A stretch of DNA of 59,375 nucleotides, the filler included, from Squatina squatina (Eukaryota): NCBI GenBank assembly GCA_031763465.1. It is 4 parts of 4 records of this genome, joined end to end, with 100 filler letters (N's around TTAATTAATTAA, not from the genome) between each part and the next. Parts side by side here need not be neighbours in the genome. Positions count along the whole stretch, not along the records: positions 1 to 16,547 come from JARFOE010000004.1; 3 more parts are not named here. The stretch is one strand, 5' to 3'. Made by a program: the position numbers and the translations under genes. The notes under the pieces were generated by a model. The model had not been told where the DNA came from. It did not search any database and saw only the letters and a program-made list of their open reading frames with translations. Of this stretch, positions 1 through 12,179 are shown piece by piece (position 1 is the first letter of the stretch; each line of letters begins with the position of its first letter).

Positions 1-1
1 C

Positions 2-2284
2 ATGTGCGTATACACTAGGTCCATGTTCATCACCTTGATGACCATGTTCGCCATCATCAGCTCCTTGATCGTCTCCTACTTCCTCTACAGGATAGTCTTC
101 GGCTTCAAGTTTTTCCCCTTCATGAACCTCACGGCGCTGATCATTCTGGTGGGGATCGGGGCCGACGACGCCTTTGTGCTGTGCGATGTGTGGAACCACA
201 CCAAGTTTGACAAGCCCCAGGCCGAGCTGGCGGAGACGGTGAGCATCACCCTGCATCACGCAGCCCTCTCCATGTTTGTCACTAGTTTCACCACCGCGGC
301 TGCCTTCTACGCCAACTACGTCAGTAACATCACCGCCATCCGTTGCTTCGGCATCTACGCTGGCACCGCCATCCTGGTCCACTACATTTTAATGGTGACC
401 TGGCTGCCGGCGGTGGTGGTGCTGCACGAACGCTACCTGCTGCACTTCTTCCAGTGCGCTGAGAAGCCCGGGCAGCGGACCTACCGCGACAGCTGGCTGG
501 CGCGGCTGTGCCGCAAGCTGCGGAGCCTCCTNNNNNNNGCTTCCGAGACATCCCGGATATTCTTCGAGAAGGTCCTGCCCTGCATCGTCATCAAGTTCCG
601 CTACAGCTGGCTGTGCTGGTTCCTGGCCCTGACTCTTGGCGGTGCCTACATCGTCTGCGTCGACCCCAAGATGAAGCTGCCGTCGCTGGAGCTCTCTGAA
701 TTCCAGGTGTTCCGCTCCTCACACCCCTTCGAGCGCTACGACGCGGAGTTCCGCCGGCTCTTTGTCTTTGAGCGGGTGCACCACGGCGAGGAGCTACACA
801 TGCCCATCACGCTGGTGTGGGGTGTCGCACCCGTGGATGGCGGCGACCCACTCAACCCCCACAACAAGGGCCGGCTGCGGTTGGACGCAACTTTCGACGT
901 GGCCAGCCCCGCCTCCCAGCTGTGGCTCCTGCGCTTCTGCCAGCGGCTGAGGAACCAGACCTTCTTCCACCAGACCGAGGAGCAGGACTTCACCAGCTGC
1001 TTCGTTGAGACCTTCCGGCAGTGGATGGAGAACCAGGACTGCGAAGAGCCCACCCTGTACCCGTGCTGCAGCCAGTCAACCTTCCCATACAAACAAGAGG
1101 TCTTCGAGCTGTGCATCAAACGAGCCATTATGGAGCTGGAGCGCAGCACCGGCTACCACCTGGACAGCAAGACACCAGGGCCCCGGTTTGACATCAACGA
1201 TACCATCCGGGCCGTGGTCCTGGAGTTCCAGAGCACCTACCTCTTCACCCTGGCCTATGAGAAGATGAGCCGCTTCTACACGGAGGTGGATGCCTGGATC
1301 GNNNNNNNNNNNNNNNNNNNNNNNNNNNNNNNNNNNNNNNNNNNNNNNNNNNNNNNNNNNNNNNNNNNNNNNNNNNNNNNNNNNNNNNNNNNNNNNNNNN
1401 NNNNNNNNNNNNNNNNNNNNNNNNNNNNNNNNNNNNNNNNNNNNNNNNNNNNNNNNNNNNNNNNNNNNNNNNNNNNNNNNNNNNNNNNNNNNNNNNNNGG
1501 CACCATCTTCGTCACGGTGGGCTCGCTGGTGCTGCTGGGCTGGGAACTGAACGTGCTGGAGTCCGTCACCATCTCCGTGGCCGTGGGGTTGGCCGTCGAC
1601 TTTGCCGTCCACTATGGCGTGGCTTACCGCCTGGCGCCGGAGACAGACCGCGAGGGCAAAGTAGTCTTCTCCCTGAGCCGGATGGGGTCGGCCATCGCCA
1701 TGGCCGCCCTGACAACCTTTGTGGCCGGCGCCATGATGATGCCCTCCACCGTCCTGGCCTATACGCAGCTGGGGACCTTCATGATGCTCATTATGTGCAT
1801 CAGCTGGGGCTTCGCCACCTTCTTCTTCCAGTGCATGTGCCGCTGCCTGGGCCCCCAGGGCTCCTGCGGTCAGATCCCCCTGCCCAAAAGGCTGCAGTGC
1901 CCTGACCAGTCACCGCTGCCACCGCCCCCCACCGGTCGTGGGCAGTGGGAGGGCAAGAGGACCTGCCGCGCCCACAAGCACCAGCCAGCCGGCGAAGGGG
2001 ACCGACAGGACACGGAGCACTACGAGCTGGAGCCCTTGGCCGCCGGTGAGGCTGGGGAGAAGAGGGTGGACGCCTCGGGCGATGGCGAGGACCCCCGGCT
2101 GTTCAATGGAACCCGCGCGCCCGCCTACCGCCCCGCCAGACTGAGCCAGGGGACGACAAGCCGGCCGGTGCGAGCTAAGCCACCTCCGCCGCAGATCCGC
2201 TTTGTCCAGATCAGCACGCGGCTGAACAGCATCCCTCACTCGCTGGAGAATGTCACCGCCCGGGTTCACGCCAACCCCCATTAG
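2..2284 (+). CDS. DISP1: Protein dispatched homolog 1, large terminal coding exon (5'-partial, two internal N gaps)
   Basis: Contains the sterol-sensing-domain motif GIGADDAFV, then [32 protein letters not shown] and the second TM cluster [28 protein letters not shown]. These match DISP1 closely as recalled. The ORF stops at TAG 2282-2284. Confidence 0.95.
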   Translation: MCVYTRSMFITLMTMFAIISSLIVSYFLYRIVFGFKFFPFMNLTALIILVGIGADDAFVLCDVWNHTKFDKPQAELAETVSITLHHAALSMFVTSFTTAAAFYANYVSNITAIRCFGIYAGTAILVHYILMVTWLPAVVVLHERYLLHFFQCAEKPGQRTYRDSWLARLCRKLRSLXXXASETSRIFFEKVLPCIVIKFRYSWLCWFLALTLGGAYIVCVDPKMKLPSLELSEFQVFRSSHPFERYDAEFRRLFVFERVHHGEELHMPITLVWGVAPVDGGDPLNPHNKGRLRLDATFDVASPASQLWLLRFCQRLRNQTFFHQTEEQDFTSCFVETFRQWMENQDCEEPTLYPCCSQSTFPYKQEVFELCIKRAIMELERSTGYHLDSKTPGPRFDINDTIRAVVLEFQSTYLFTLAYEKMSRFYTEVDAWIXXXXXXXXXXXXXXXXXXXXXXXXXXXXXXXXXXXXXXXXXXXXXXXXXXXXXXXXXXXXXXXXXXGTIFVTVGSLVLLGWELNVLESVTISVAVGLAVDFAVHYGVAYRLAPETDREGKVVFSLSRMGSAIAMAALTTFVAGAMMMPSTVLAYTQLGTFMMLIMCISWGFATFFFQCMCRCLGPQGSCGQIPLPKRLQCPDQSPLPPPPTGRGQWEGKRTCRAHKHQPAGEGDRQDTEHYELEPLAAGEAGEKRVDASGDGEDPRLFNGTRAPAYRPARLSQGTTSRPVRAKPPPPQIRFVQISTRLNSIPHSLENVTARVHANPH

Positions 2285-3095
2285 AGTCACGAGTGGGGCG
2301 ACCTGGTGTCTCAGCAGTCAGCAGACTGCGTGCAATTTGTCATCGCCGATCCCTCGGCGCCCAGCTCTTCAGGGACGACTCGATGCCGCCGCTGGACAGC
2401 CCAGGAATGTTGTGCGTGTGNNNNNNNNNNNNNNNNNNNNNNNNNNNNNNNNNNNNNNNNNNNNGCACCCCCGCGTCTTGCCCCACTGCCCTGCCATGCT
2501 TCAGACGGAGAGGCAGGTAATGCAAAGTTCTCAGCCTAGAAACTTCCGCGTGTGCTCCAGCCCTATGAGAGACTTAAAAGCCAAAAAACTCAAAGCTCCC
2601 ACCGCCCAGTGGCAGGGTGGAGGGAACCAACACTGAGACCCTTCGGACAGCAGCGTCTCCTCTGGATGGCTGCAGACAAAAACCCTGTACTCTATCTTTA
2701 TGCCGCTGTGTTAAAAAAGGAAACTCCTCAGGACAGCACATGCCAAAACCAAAGGGGTCTTAATGCAACAGCCAACACGGACTTCACAGACCGAGAGAGC
2801 ACTTGGCAGCTAGCAGCAGAGCGACACTCTCAAATTAGAATGGGCTGAGTTGTAACGGGGCATGGCGTCTCAGCCAAACGGGATCCTCGTGGCCCAGACT
2901 GGACCGAACCGGACCAGAGCCTGCCCTCAGGGACGGCACGCCTGCACCTCCATTTGCTGCCACTAGTCAAGGCCCAACGACCGAACACCGACGATATCAA
3001 AGTGCAATTGCATCGACTGCATTCTTCCAAAGGCTGAAGGGAGCCAGTGTGCCTGCAGTCTGGGCGAGGCATTCGGAACTAACCAGTGAGCCCTT
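2285..3095 (+). pseudogene. DISP1: Out-of-frame remnant of the DISP1 C-terminal cytoplasmic tail
   Basis: Peptides resembling the DISP1 tail sit in different frames after the stop: HPRVLPHCP..MQSSQPRNF (frame 3), KCNCIDCILPKAE (3000-3038, frame 3) and ASVPAVWARHSELTSEP (from 3043, frame 1). Confidence 0.55.
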
Positions 3096-5411
3096 TGTGT
3101 ACAGAGGGGAGGACACTGCCAGGGTGCTTTCACTCAAGATGGAGGCACATGCTTCAACGCCTTTTCAAAGGGTTGGGGGTGCAAGGGAGGGGGACAAGGG
3201 CTGAGGGGAGCGGTGCCCAACAATAAAAACAAAAATAAGATGCAGTTAAAGAAAACTTAAGTCGGTCAGAAATGGCGCCATGATGATTNNNNNNNNNNNN
3301 NNNNNNNNNNNNNNNNNNNNNNNNNNNNNNNNNNNNNNNNNNNNNNNNNNNNNNNNNNNNNNNNNNNNNNNNNNNNNNNNNNNNNNNNNNNNNNNNNNNN
3401 NNNNNNNNNNNNNNNNNNNNNNNNNNNNNNNNNNNNNNNNNNNNNNNNNNNNNNNNNNNNNNNNNNNNNNNNNNNNNNNNNNNNNNNNNNNNNNNNNNNN
3501 NNNNNNNNNNNNNNNNNNNNNNNNNNNNNNNNNNNNNNNNNNNNNNNNNNNNNNNNNNNNNNNNNNNNNNNNNNNNNNNNNNNNNNNNNNNNNNNNNNNN
3601 NNNNNNNNNNNNNNNNNNNNNNNNNNNNNNNNNNNNNNNNNNNNNNNNNNNNNNNNNNNNNNNNNNNNGTTAATATCTTCTCAGCCCCTCTTCGATACTT
3701 TGCCCTATTTCTTATCTGAGCTCCACTATCCTGTTGTCGTAAAACCAAAATTGTGGACTGGAACTAATTTCTTGGTAGTTTAAATCTAAAATAGAAGCGA
3801 TCCCCTCATTTCTTTCCTCTTCCACCCCAGCCAAGGCACAACCTACTGTAAAGAGGAAGGTTTCAAAGTCTATCTATTGTCACTTGAATTGGCTGCAGAG
3901 AGGGGCATGTGAAAGCAGGCCTCGGGATGAGACTGTCTGTCCCCCCTCTCCTCCATCTTCAGTCCCTATTCACAGTGCCGATGCAGAGATTGGGAGGGTG
4001 GGAGGCGTGGGGAATTGAACCTGTACCCTCGCACTCTGTGCTGCCCAGTGCACTGTGCCACCTCCATGCCATCCTCCCCTTCCCCGTTGTTTTGGAATTA
4101 ACCCGAGTGTTGTAGGATGGCTCTCCTTTGGTGGGGCTCCCGAGAGAGTGATGCCCTTAAGAGGACCGCTCTGAGCTTGTCACTAACACTGTGCGATGCC
4201 ACCCACTCCCTGTTGAAGGGGGAACAGAAGGGGACACCCCATTTTCCACGCCACCAACACTCGCCCTTAGAACCAGTTGGGGCTCTGGAACCTCCTGCCC
4301 ACTGGAGAGTGTGTTGGTGGCAGGAGCACTGTGCATCTGCCATTGATGACAAACCGCCTGTGTACAAGTGCAACCAAGTCAATGTGAAAACTGATCCATC
4401 CTGTCCATCTGCTGGTATTTGTGCTTCTGGTCACTAAGTTAATGATAACTCGTCCAGTTTATTGATTAAACCAGCTGGTTTGGACACCATTTCAAATCTT
4501 CGATCCTGGCACTAATTTCTTAAACCCCAACCAAAACAAGCAAGTCAATTCGTATCAAACTTTGAAGTATATTGTGTGTCATTATCCATTGGATCAATGC
4601 TGTCTCCCTCCTCTCCCCTCTCCCTGGACCATCATCTCCGACATACATCAGGCGTAACAGTGACCATGTCACATTTTTACACATAGGTTTTATACATGTC
4701 CGGAGCGATGAGTGAAGACGGTGAACTTGAAACCTTCGGTCAACAAGCCCATTCACCTCCCGTCTGTTTCCGCCTTTCTAATTTGTTCTTTTTGAGCCGA
4801 GTTAAGTATCGGAAGAATAATTTAATACTTGCATTCTTAATGTATGCTTTATGCTATTTAAAGAAAAGTTACTACAGCTATTAAACTAAATATTCCTATC
4901 TGACGAGTATGCATTACCAAGGGAAGCAATGAATTTATTCAATCGCATTCTATTGGGGACTTTCCACTTATTGTTTGCTAAGCAAATGAAGATGATTACC
5001 AGTTTGATATTGCGCAATTAAAAAGCGCCTCTTAACCGCTGACTTTCAGTATCTTTTTTAATTTCTTTCAGTGCCCTACTCCGGGCTCCCTATGACACGC
5101 AATTTCTCCTCTCTTCCCTCTTTCTCTACCGTACCCCTCCCTCACCACATGAAAATTCTGTTCCCATCCTTACTTCTCACCCTTAACATTGCAAGGGTAG
5201 GGTTTAGGTCAGAATTTGGGATGGAGATTGTGGTTTCCCATAGAGCGAGCAAAGATCAGGGGTGCTTTATTCCAGCTCTGGTTTCTTCTGTGCTACGATT
5301 TAGTGTAAANNNNNNNNNNNNNNNNNNNNNNNNNNNNNNNNNNNNNNNNNNNNNNNNNNNNNNNNNNNNNNNNNNNNNNNNNNNNNNNNNNNNNNNNNNN
5401 NNNNNNNNNCC

Positions 5412-7364
5412 TCAAACAGACACTTGTATGAAGATGAAACCATTGACTGGGAGCAATGTGGCAATCCATTCCAGGGCATAATGCTTCACACCTTAGACAT
5501 TTCATCAACCGGCTTTAGCATCCAAAAACTGGAGAAGATGTTTTCAGCCATAAGGGGAACGGTTATTATCCACTTGAAGATGCAGTTCCTGAGCATTGGT
5601 AGATCGTTCGGTTATAGTAATATACAGGATCCAAACAATGAGACATTTTCCGGTCTCGTTGACAGTTCTGTGATGATTCTGGACGTGACCCATGCATTCA
5701 TTTACTCCCTGAAACCCTGTGTATTTTCACACTTGACTTCCTTGCTGCTTCTAATATTACCTTCAAACAAGATCAATCAAATTGAAAAGAACGCATTCTT
5801 CGGCCTCGAGTCCCTGCAGCAGTTAAATCTTTCTTTCAATCTTTTGGGGGAGATTTATTCGTCAACCTTTGACGGTCTGAGGAACATCTCACTCATTGAC
5901 CTACACCACAACCATATTGGAGTCATTCAGCACAATGCATTTCGTGGACTGAATCAACTGAGGACATTGAACCTCCGAGAAAATTCNNNNNNNNNNNNNN
6001 NNNNNNNNNNNNNNNNNNNNNNNNNNNNNNNNNNNNNNNNNNNNNNNNNNNNNNNNNNNNNNNNNNNNNNNNNNNNNNNNNNNNNNNNNNNNNNNNNNNN
6101 NNNNNNNNNNNNNNNNNNNNNNNNNNNNNNNNNNNNNNNNNNNNNNNNNNNNNNNNNNNNNNNNGTGGCCCATCTTTTGTTGAGGGACAACCGTGTGTCG
6201 ATGTGCACTCCCGCTCCTACTGACACCATTCCAAAAGACAACCACTTAATACACCTCGATCTCTCAAGCAACTTCCTCCAGCTGATGTGGGCATCTAAAC
6301 AGTGCTGGGAGGTGTTCCACAATTTGACTAACCTAACCGTCCTTCTCCTTGATCATAACTACCTCATGGAGCTGCCACAAGATGTTTTTAAAGGGTTGGA
6401 TTCTCTCAAGAGACTCAACCTATCTTCGAACTCCCTGTCCCAGCTCAGCCCGGGCCTGTTTCCCAGCACACTTGAGATCCTCGACCTCTCCAAAAATCGC
6501 CTTGTGTCACCCAGCCCAGAGGTCTTCAGCTTCGTGAGTCATCTAGACTTGAGACACAACCAATACATCTGTGACTGTAGTCTCAGGGACTTCGTCAAAT
6601 GGCTAAATGACACGGAGGTGGTATTGGTGGAACCATTAACAGAGATATACTGTGTGTTTCCAGAAAAGTTTCAAGGGTTACCACTTCTTCATCAGAACAT
6701 TGATGGGTGTGATGAAGAAGTTAACATGGAGCCAATACAATTCGCTCTCTTTGTGTTCTTCACTACACTCTTATTGATTATGATCACTTCTGTTCTTCTC
6801 TACAATCACAAGAGGGGCTTGTTCTTCATCTGGTACAAAAGAACAACAAACAGGATCCTGAATGGTCAGAAAACTGATTTGGAAGGAAAGGACTACAAGT
6901 TTGATGCATACTTGTGCTTCAGGAGTAATGACATCGAATGGGTGAAGATCTCCCTTCTGCAGTACTTTGACTCTGAGCTCGATGACAAGACCCGGTTTCA
7001 GCTGTGCTTTGAAGACCGGGACTTCATTCCTGGAGAGGATCACATTTCAAACATACGCGACGCCATCTGGAGCAGCAAGAAGACCGTCTGCATCGTGACC
7101 AGGGAGTTCCTGAAGGATGGTTGGTGCATCGAAGCCTTCAATGTCGCCCAGAGTCGACTCTTTCACGAACTGAGGGATGTGATGGTTGTGCTGGTTGTTG
7201 GGAAGCTCCGAGACTACCAACTAATGAAGTACAAGCCCATCAGAGCGTACATCCAGGGCCGGCAATACATGCGCTGGCCAGAAGACCCCCAGGACCACAA
7301 GTGGATCTTGGATAAGCTGGCATACCAAATCCAGCAAGATCCCAAAAAGAAAATAAGTGAATAG
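5412..7364 (+). CDS. TLR5: Toll-like receptor 5, membrane form (N-terminus lost in gap, one internal gap)
   Basis: Contains LRRs, the TLR5-typical segments DWEQCGNPF and GRSFGYSNIQDPNNETFSGL, an LRRCT (NQYICDCSLRDFVKWL), a TM helix and a TIR domain (YKFDAYLCF; LCFEDRDFIPGEDHISNIRDAIW; RWPEDPQD). It lies between DISP1 and SUSD4, as in the mammalian locus. Confidence 0.95.
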   Translation, partial: SNRHLYEDETIDWEQCGNPFQGIMLHTLDISSTGFSIQKLEKMFSAIRGTVIIHLKMQFLSIGRSFGYSNIQDPNNETFSGLVDSSVMILDVTHAFIYSLKPCVFSHLTSLLLLILPSNKINQIEKNAFFGLESLQQLNLSFNLLGEIYSSTFDGLRNISLIDLHHNHIGVIQHNAFRGLNQLRTLNLRENXXXXXXXXXXXXXXXXXXXXXXXXXXXXXXXXXXXXXXXXXXXXXXXXXXXXXXXXXXXXVAHLLLRDNRVSMCTPAPTDTIPKDNHLIHLDLSSNFLQLMWASKQCWEVFHNLTNLTVLLLDHNYLMELPQDVFKGLDSLKRLNLSSNSLSQLSPGLFPSTLEILDLSKNRLVSPSPEVFSFVSHLDLRHNQYICDCSLRDFVKWLNDTEVVLVEPLTEIYCVFPEKFQGLPLLHQNIDGCDEEVNMEPIQFALFVFFTTLLLIMITSVLLYNHKRGLFFIWYKRTTNRILNGQKTDLEGKDYKFDAYLCFRSNDIEWVKISLLQYFDSELDDKTRFQLCFEDRDFIPGEDHISNIRDAIWSSKKTVCIVTREFLKDGWCIEAFNVAQSRLFHELRDVMVVLVVGKLRDYQLMKYKPIRAYIQGRQYMRWPEDPQDHKWILDKLAYQIQQDPKKKISE

Positions 7365-7929
7365 CCAAACGACCTGTTTTTGCTGGCGGTGGTTCTGGAA
7401 GGAATATTCAGCGCATCATATAGCATGCATGCCAATAGCCTCTTTCCTAATGTGAAATGGGACTGCCTTGGAGGATTGTAATCCATTCAAAGCAGGCCTG
7501 TGTTTAGCTTGGCCCGTTCCTGTAAAGCCACAAAGTCAAACTGCTGTAAATGGGCACATCCTCCAGTCAAATGCAGGCTTCAGTGCAGTACTGAATGAGA
7601 CGTTAAACCAATTCCTAGTCTGCCTGTTCAAGTGGATGCAATAGACCCCAAGGTGCAGACAGCCTGGTCATTCATTCACTCGTTTGTGGGGTCTTGGTGT
7701 GAAAAGTCAGTTAAGGCAGTGCACCAAAATGTGTCCTCACCAGAAGGGGAAGACAGTTGGAATAATAATCGCTGATCTGTAATCACACTTCCCACAGATG
7801 CAACCGAACAACTGATGCATCTCATTGACAGCAACACAATAACTGGACCCACAAAATGACAGAAAATCTTCCTCTGATTTTATTTCATTAATTAAAAGGC
7901 TCCTGCACCACTGCTTAGAGGATTGTTAC

Positions 7930-8035
7930 CAAATGGCATGCTGGCATTCATAGCAAGGGGATTTGAGTACAGGAGCAGGGAGATCCTACTGCAGTTGTAC
8001 AGGGCCTTGGTGAGACCACACCTGGAGTATTGTGT
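7930..8035 (+). mobile_element. CR1-type LINE ORF2 fragment
   Basis: Translates to GMLAFIARGFEYRSREILLQLYRALVRPHLEYC, typical of the CR1 RT C-terminal region. Confidence 0.85.
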
Positions 8036-8135
8036 NNNNNNNNNNNNNNNNNNNNNNNNNNNNNNNNNNNNNNNNNNNNNNNNNNNNNNNNNNNNNNNNN
8101 NNNNNNNNNNNNNNNNNNNNNNNNNNNNNNNNNNN

Positions 8136-8280
8136 CACTCAACTAACCTATCCAAGTCACCCTGCAGCCTCATAACATCCTCCTCGCAGCTAACACTGCC
8201 ACCCAGCTTCGTATCATCCGCAAACTTGGAGATGTTACATTCAATTCCTTCGTCTAAATCATTAATATATATTGTAAATA
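8136..8280 (-). mobile_element. CR1 LINE reverse transcriptase fragment
   Basis: Translates to [27 protein letters not shown], which includes the FADD catalytic motif. Confidence 0.9.
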
Positions 8281-8289
8281 ACTGTTGTA

Positions 8290-8535
8290 ATGCAGGAAAT
8301 AAAGCAGCCAATTTGCACAGTAAACTCTCACAAACAGCAATGTGATATTGACCACATAATTTGTTTTAGTGTTGATTGTGAATTAAATATTGACCAGGAC
8401 GCCAGGGATAACTCCACTGCTCTTCTTCAAAATGACACCATGGGATCTTTCACGTCTACCTGAGAAGGAAGGCAGGACCTCGGTTTCAGCATCTCATCCA
8501 AAAGACAGCACTTCCAACAATGTAGCACTCCCGTC
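8290..8535 (-). mobile_element. SacSINE1/DeuSINE-like SINE fragment
   Basis: Reverse complement of the SINE body seen at 12180-12640. Confidence 0.75.
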
Positions 8536-9564
8536 AGCCCAGCTGACCTGAAGTGATGGATCTCCAGCAAAATTCTGGCAATTAATACAAACGATTACAT
8601 CTAAAAACAAAGTTGAATACGTATGTGACTGTTTAAATTAACTGTCTGGAGTTCTGCCTCCTTGAACTTGTTATTTATCAGCATAATAAGTTGAGAGAAT
8701 CAATTTTTGTTTACGGTCATAATTTTTCATGATCACTGCCCACCATTAATCCATTCATCCTCACCAACTATCACCCCATCTTCCCAAGGTTCTTCAACAC
8801 ATTGTTGCCTCCCAACTCCATGTCAACCTCTCCCACAACCCCAAGTTTGAATCCTTTCAGTCCAGTTTCCACCCTGCTCAAAAATGAAACCACCTTGTAA
8901 CTGCAATTACGATATTGATATTGGTTGTCCTCCACTTCACCGCAGTCTTGACCACAGTTGATTAAACCATTCTTGTGCAGTGCCTCTCCTCCACTGTAAA
9001 CAAAAAAGTGCATTTCACACACCTTGTATTATTGAGCTCAATTAACAATTTTAAATTCACAAATAGCAGTGTTGGAAAGTTACTGATGCAAGGGGAGACA
9101 ATACATTTAAAAATTGCACAGCACATCACAGCTTTTAACTTTTAGAAGAGTCCAGGTAGCAGATATTGCAATACCATGGGGATTATTACTATACCAAAAG
9201 TAGCCTTAAATCACACAATGAAGCTATGACAAGTTAATTTAAAACAATCGTATTATCTCCCAAGAATAACACTGTCTTGGTTATTGCCACACTCTCACAA
9301 AAATATTTTTAGACTGAAGATCTACTCCCACAAGCCTATACAAAAGTTACTTTGAATAAGGTACAGTATCTTCCTTGTTGCAAGTGCATGGACTGAACTC
9401 AGCACCAAACAGCAGATGAGACTACAATATTCCTGGAGGAAATTGCAGGCACAAGCCTATGCCTACTTTCATGTAGTGTGGCATGCGGGCACTCAAATGT
9501 GTGGTGGTAACAGGCAAATAAAATTATAGGCAAGAATACTTGTTGAAAATATCAAAAGGATAGA

Positions 9565-9870
9565 TAGAAGCCATTTCCTCTGATGGGGAATCCAGAACAA
9601 GTGAGCATAACTTTAATATTCGAGCTAGGCCGTTCAGGAGTGAAGTCAGGAAGCACATTTTCACACTCAGGGTGGTGGAAATCTGGAATTCTCTCTTCCA
9701 AAATGCTGCTGAGGCTGGGGGTCAATTGGAGCTTTCAAGACTGAGATCGCTAGATTTTTGTTAGTTAATGGTATCAAGGGATATGTAGCTAACATTATGG
9801 TGATCAACCATGCTCTAATTGAATGGCGGAGCAGGTATGAGGGGCTGAATGGCCTACTCCTGTTCCTCTG
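9565..9870 (+). mobile_element. CR1 LINE 3' end
   Basis: Contains ttcacactcagggtggtggaaatctggaattctct and ends near gaatggcctactcctgttcct, a tail repeated elsewhere in the window. Confidence 0.75.
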
Positions 9871-10381
9871 GAGCGATTTGAAGAGGTGGAGTTTGAGGTT
9901 GAGTAATTGTGACTCTCAAGAAAATAAATGTGGATATGGCTCTCCCGGCGCCTCGGCTGCTTCAGGCAGTGAGTGCCTCTACACTTAGGCCTAGAGTGCA
10001 ATCCCTTCCCTCAGCTCCACCATCAGTGTTGCAGACTTCAGCTACACTACATCATGGCACACTGGAATGTTGTTCTTGAACCCCGCCCCGCCACCTTCCT
10101 GCCTCTCACCAAAGGTCCCCTCACAACCTGCCTCTTTGATTGCGCTTGGGCCCACTCCCTCAACATCCTGGTGGACCTCACCTCCCTGTAAAAGCATTAT
10201 TGAAAGGAGCTCTGTAAATGAGAGCCGTTTCTGTTCTTGCGGGAGTTCCCGATCTTTATCAGAACGCAATCCCCCTCCTGCCTTGCCCATGCTGCTGGCA
10301 GTACATTCTTTTATTAACCCCATGCCCCAGAGGGTGCCCCTCCCCAGTAATGCTCTCTTCCACCTAACACCAAGCACCCAC

Positions 10382-10573
10382 CGGCTTGCTGGCAGAAGAC
10401 CTGGCTGGTCGGGAACCAGTCTCCGTACTGGCAGGTGATGTATTTGTAATCATTGGTGAGGGAGTAGCCGGGGTCGCAGTAGAACTCCAACACCGTGCCG
10501 TGGATGTAGCGGTCGCAAGGATAGGGGTGGCAGACGTAGTCACCGTGATCCGGTATCGGAGGTAGCGGGCACG
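10382..10573 (-). CDS. SUSD4: SUSD4 internal exon encoding a sushi/CCP domain
   Basis: Translates to [60 protein letters not shown]. It has a polypyrimidine tract plus CAG acceptor and a GTGGGT donor, and is a 192-nt phase 1-1 exon. Confidence 0.9.
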
Positions 10574-10853
10574 CTGCAGAGAAAGAGAGAGAGAAATAAT
10601 ATCTCTGTCCTCTACAGTCAGAGTGCCGCAATTGTCAGAGTTCGCGCTGAGTCACAGGAGTGCTATTGTGCAGTCAAAGAAGCGTGGCCTTGGCTCCATT
10701 GGAGAGGCACAACCTGTGCTCCCTCAGAACAACAGCATGCCCGTTCCCCTGCCACCCATTCCACCAGTGCGCCTGGTGTTAGTGACACACAGCCAGACGG
10801 CCCCGGCCCAGTCCGAGAAGCTGCACTCTGAAGGTGGGATTCTCCAGTGCCAA

Positions 10854-10945
10854 TCTGGAGGTGGACCCTCTAATCCCACTCTGAAGGTGGACCCTCTAAT
10901 CCCAGTCTGGAGGTGGACCCTCTAATCCCACTCTGAAGGTGGACC
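10854..10945. repeat. 26-bp minisatellite (TCTGRAGGTGGACCCTCTAATCCCAS) running into a gap
   Basis: About 3.5 direct copies are visible, alternating between two variants. Confidence 0.85.
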
Positions 10946-11122
10946 NNNNNNNNNNNNNNNNNNNNNNNNNNNNNNNNNNNNNNNNNNNNNNNNNNNNNNN
11001 NNNNNNNNNNNNNNNNNNNNNNNNNNNNNNNNNNNNNNNNNNNNNTAACTATGAATAATCATTGAATAAAGACTTTAACTAACTAACTAAATAAATAAAT
11101 AAAATAAGGTTAGACTAAGAAA

Positions 11123-11736
11123 ATGGCAGAGCAGGTTATGTGCTTGGGCTGCTAATGCGGGAGTTTGAAGACAGCGAGACTGTCCCGTGCGAACACGTCT
11201 GCAGGAGTTGTCTCCGTCTCAAATCTCTCCGGCTCAGAGTCATTGAGCTGGAGTGCAAGTTGGAGACACGCCGAGACATAAGGGAAAGGGAGGAGTATCT
11301 GGATAGTTTGCTCCAGACTTCGGTCACACCTCTTCGAGAGGTGCAGGAACAGAATGGGGTGGATGTGACCGATAGTGTGCAGAGTAAGGGGAGCCCAGGT
11401 AAGAAAGGGAACGAGGATCCACAGAAACTGATCTTTTCCAACAGGTACAATATACTTGCTACCTGTGAGGATAAGGATAAAGACTTCGGAAGGGCAGCCA
11501 GAATGTGAAGCAGGGCACTTTTGGAGCAGGAGGCTGTCCTAAGGGGTGAGGAGAAGGAGATGAAGCATAATGTGGTAGTTGTCGGGGATTCTATAATTAG
11601 GGAACAGATAGCATCCTTTGAAAGCAAGATCGAGAGTCCCACTTGGTATGTTGCCGACTTGGTGCCAGGATAAAGGACCTTTTAAACCAGCTTGAACGGA
11701 TAGTGGAGACGGAGGGGGAGGATCCAGTCGTTGTGG
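11123..11736 (+). mobile_element. Degenerate CR1-type LINE ORF1 (Cys-rich region, coiled coil and SGNH esterase)
   Basis: Reads MAEQVMCLGC* ... HVCRSCLRLKSLRLRVIELE ... VVVVGDSIIR ... VCCRLGARIKD ... GEDPVVV, with stops and frameshifts. Confidence 0.75.
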
Positions 11737-12179
11737 NNNNNNNNNNNNNNNNNNNNNNNNNNNNNNNNNNNNNNNNNNNNNNNNNNNNNNNNNNNNNNNN
11801 NNNNNNNNNNNNNNNNNNNNNNNNNNNNNNNNNNNNGCACGATGGGTCGAATGGCCTCCTTCTGTGCTGCGTCATTCTATGCTTCCTCCAGTAAGTGAAC
11901 TTGCATATATTATTGTAACAAAAAGTTGTCCAGCAACTAAGCATACTTTCATCTAATCCATTTATGAGTATAGACCGAAACGCCAACTACAATGGCTAGC
12001 TGTCTCTCATTTGGCAACTTCCCGAGCAGAGATAAGGGAACTTTCTCAGCTACAAGTAGCCAAGACATTTTTAAAAATCCTATTTATGATGTGTATCATA
12101 TAAAATTTAATACTTTTCTATTTGGTAGAAGAGACAGACCTGACTAGTTTTTCCTGCTTTGTTTTGTACTTTAAAGTGT

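Noticed and set aside
330-2290. Antisense and alternative-frame ORFs over DISP1
   Set aside because: They are shadows of GC-rich codon usage.
3266-3783. Long ORFs in the track (also at 21979-22784 and many others)
   Set aside because: They are made mostly of N-gap codons.
4117-4437. 106-aa ORF between DISP1 and TLR5
   Set aside because: There is no recognisable domain, no TLR signal peptide or LRR pattern and no splice support.
10854-10945. Possible CRISPR-like repeat
   Set aside because: It is a head-to-tail minisatellite without spacers.
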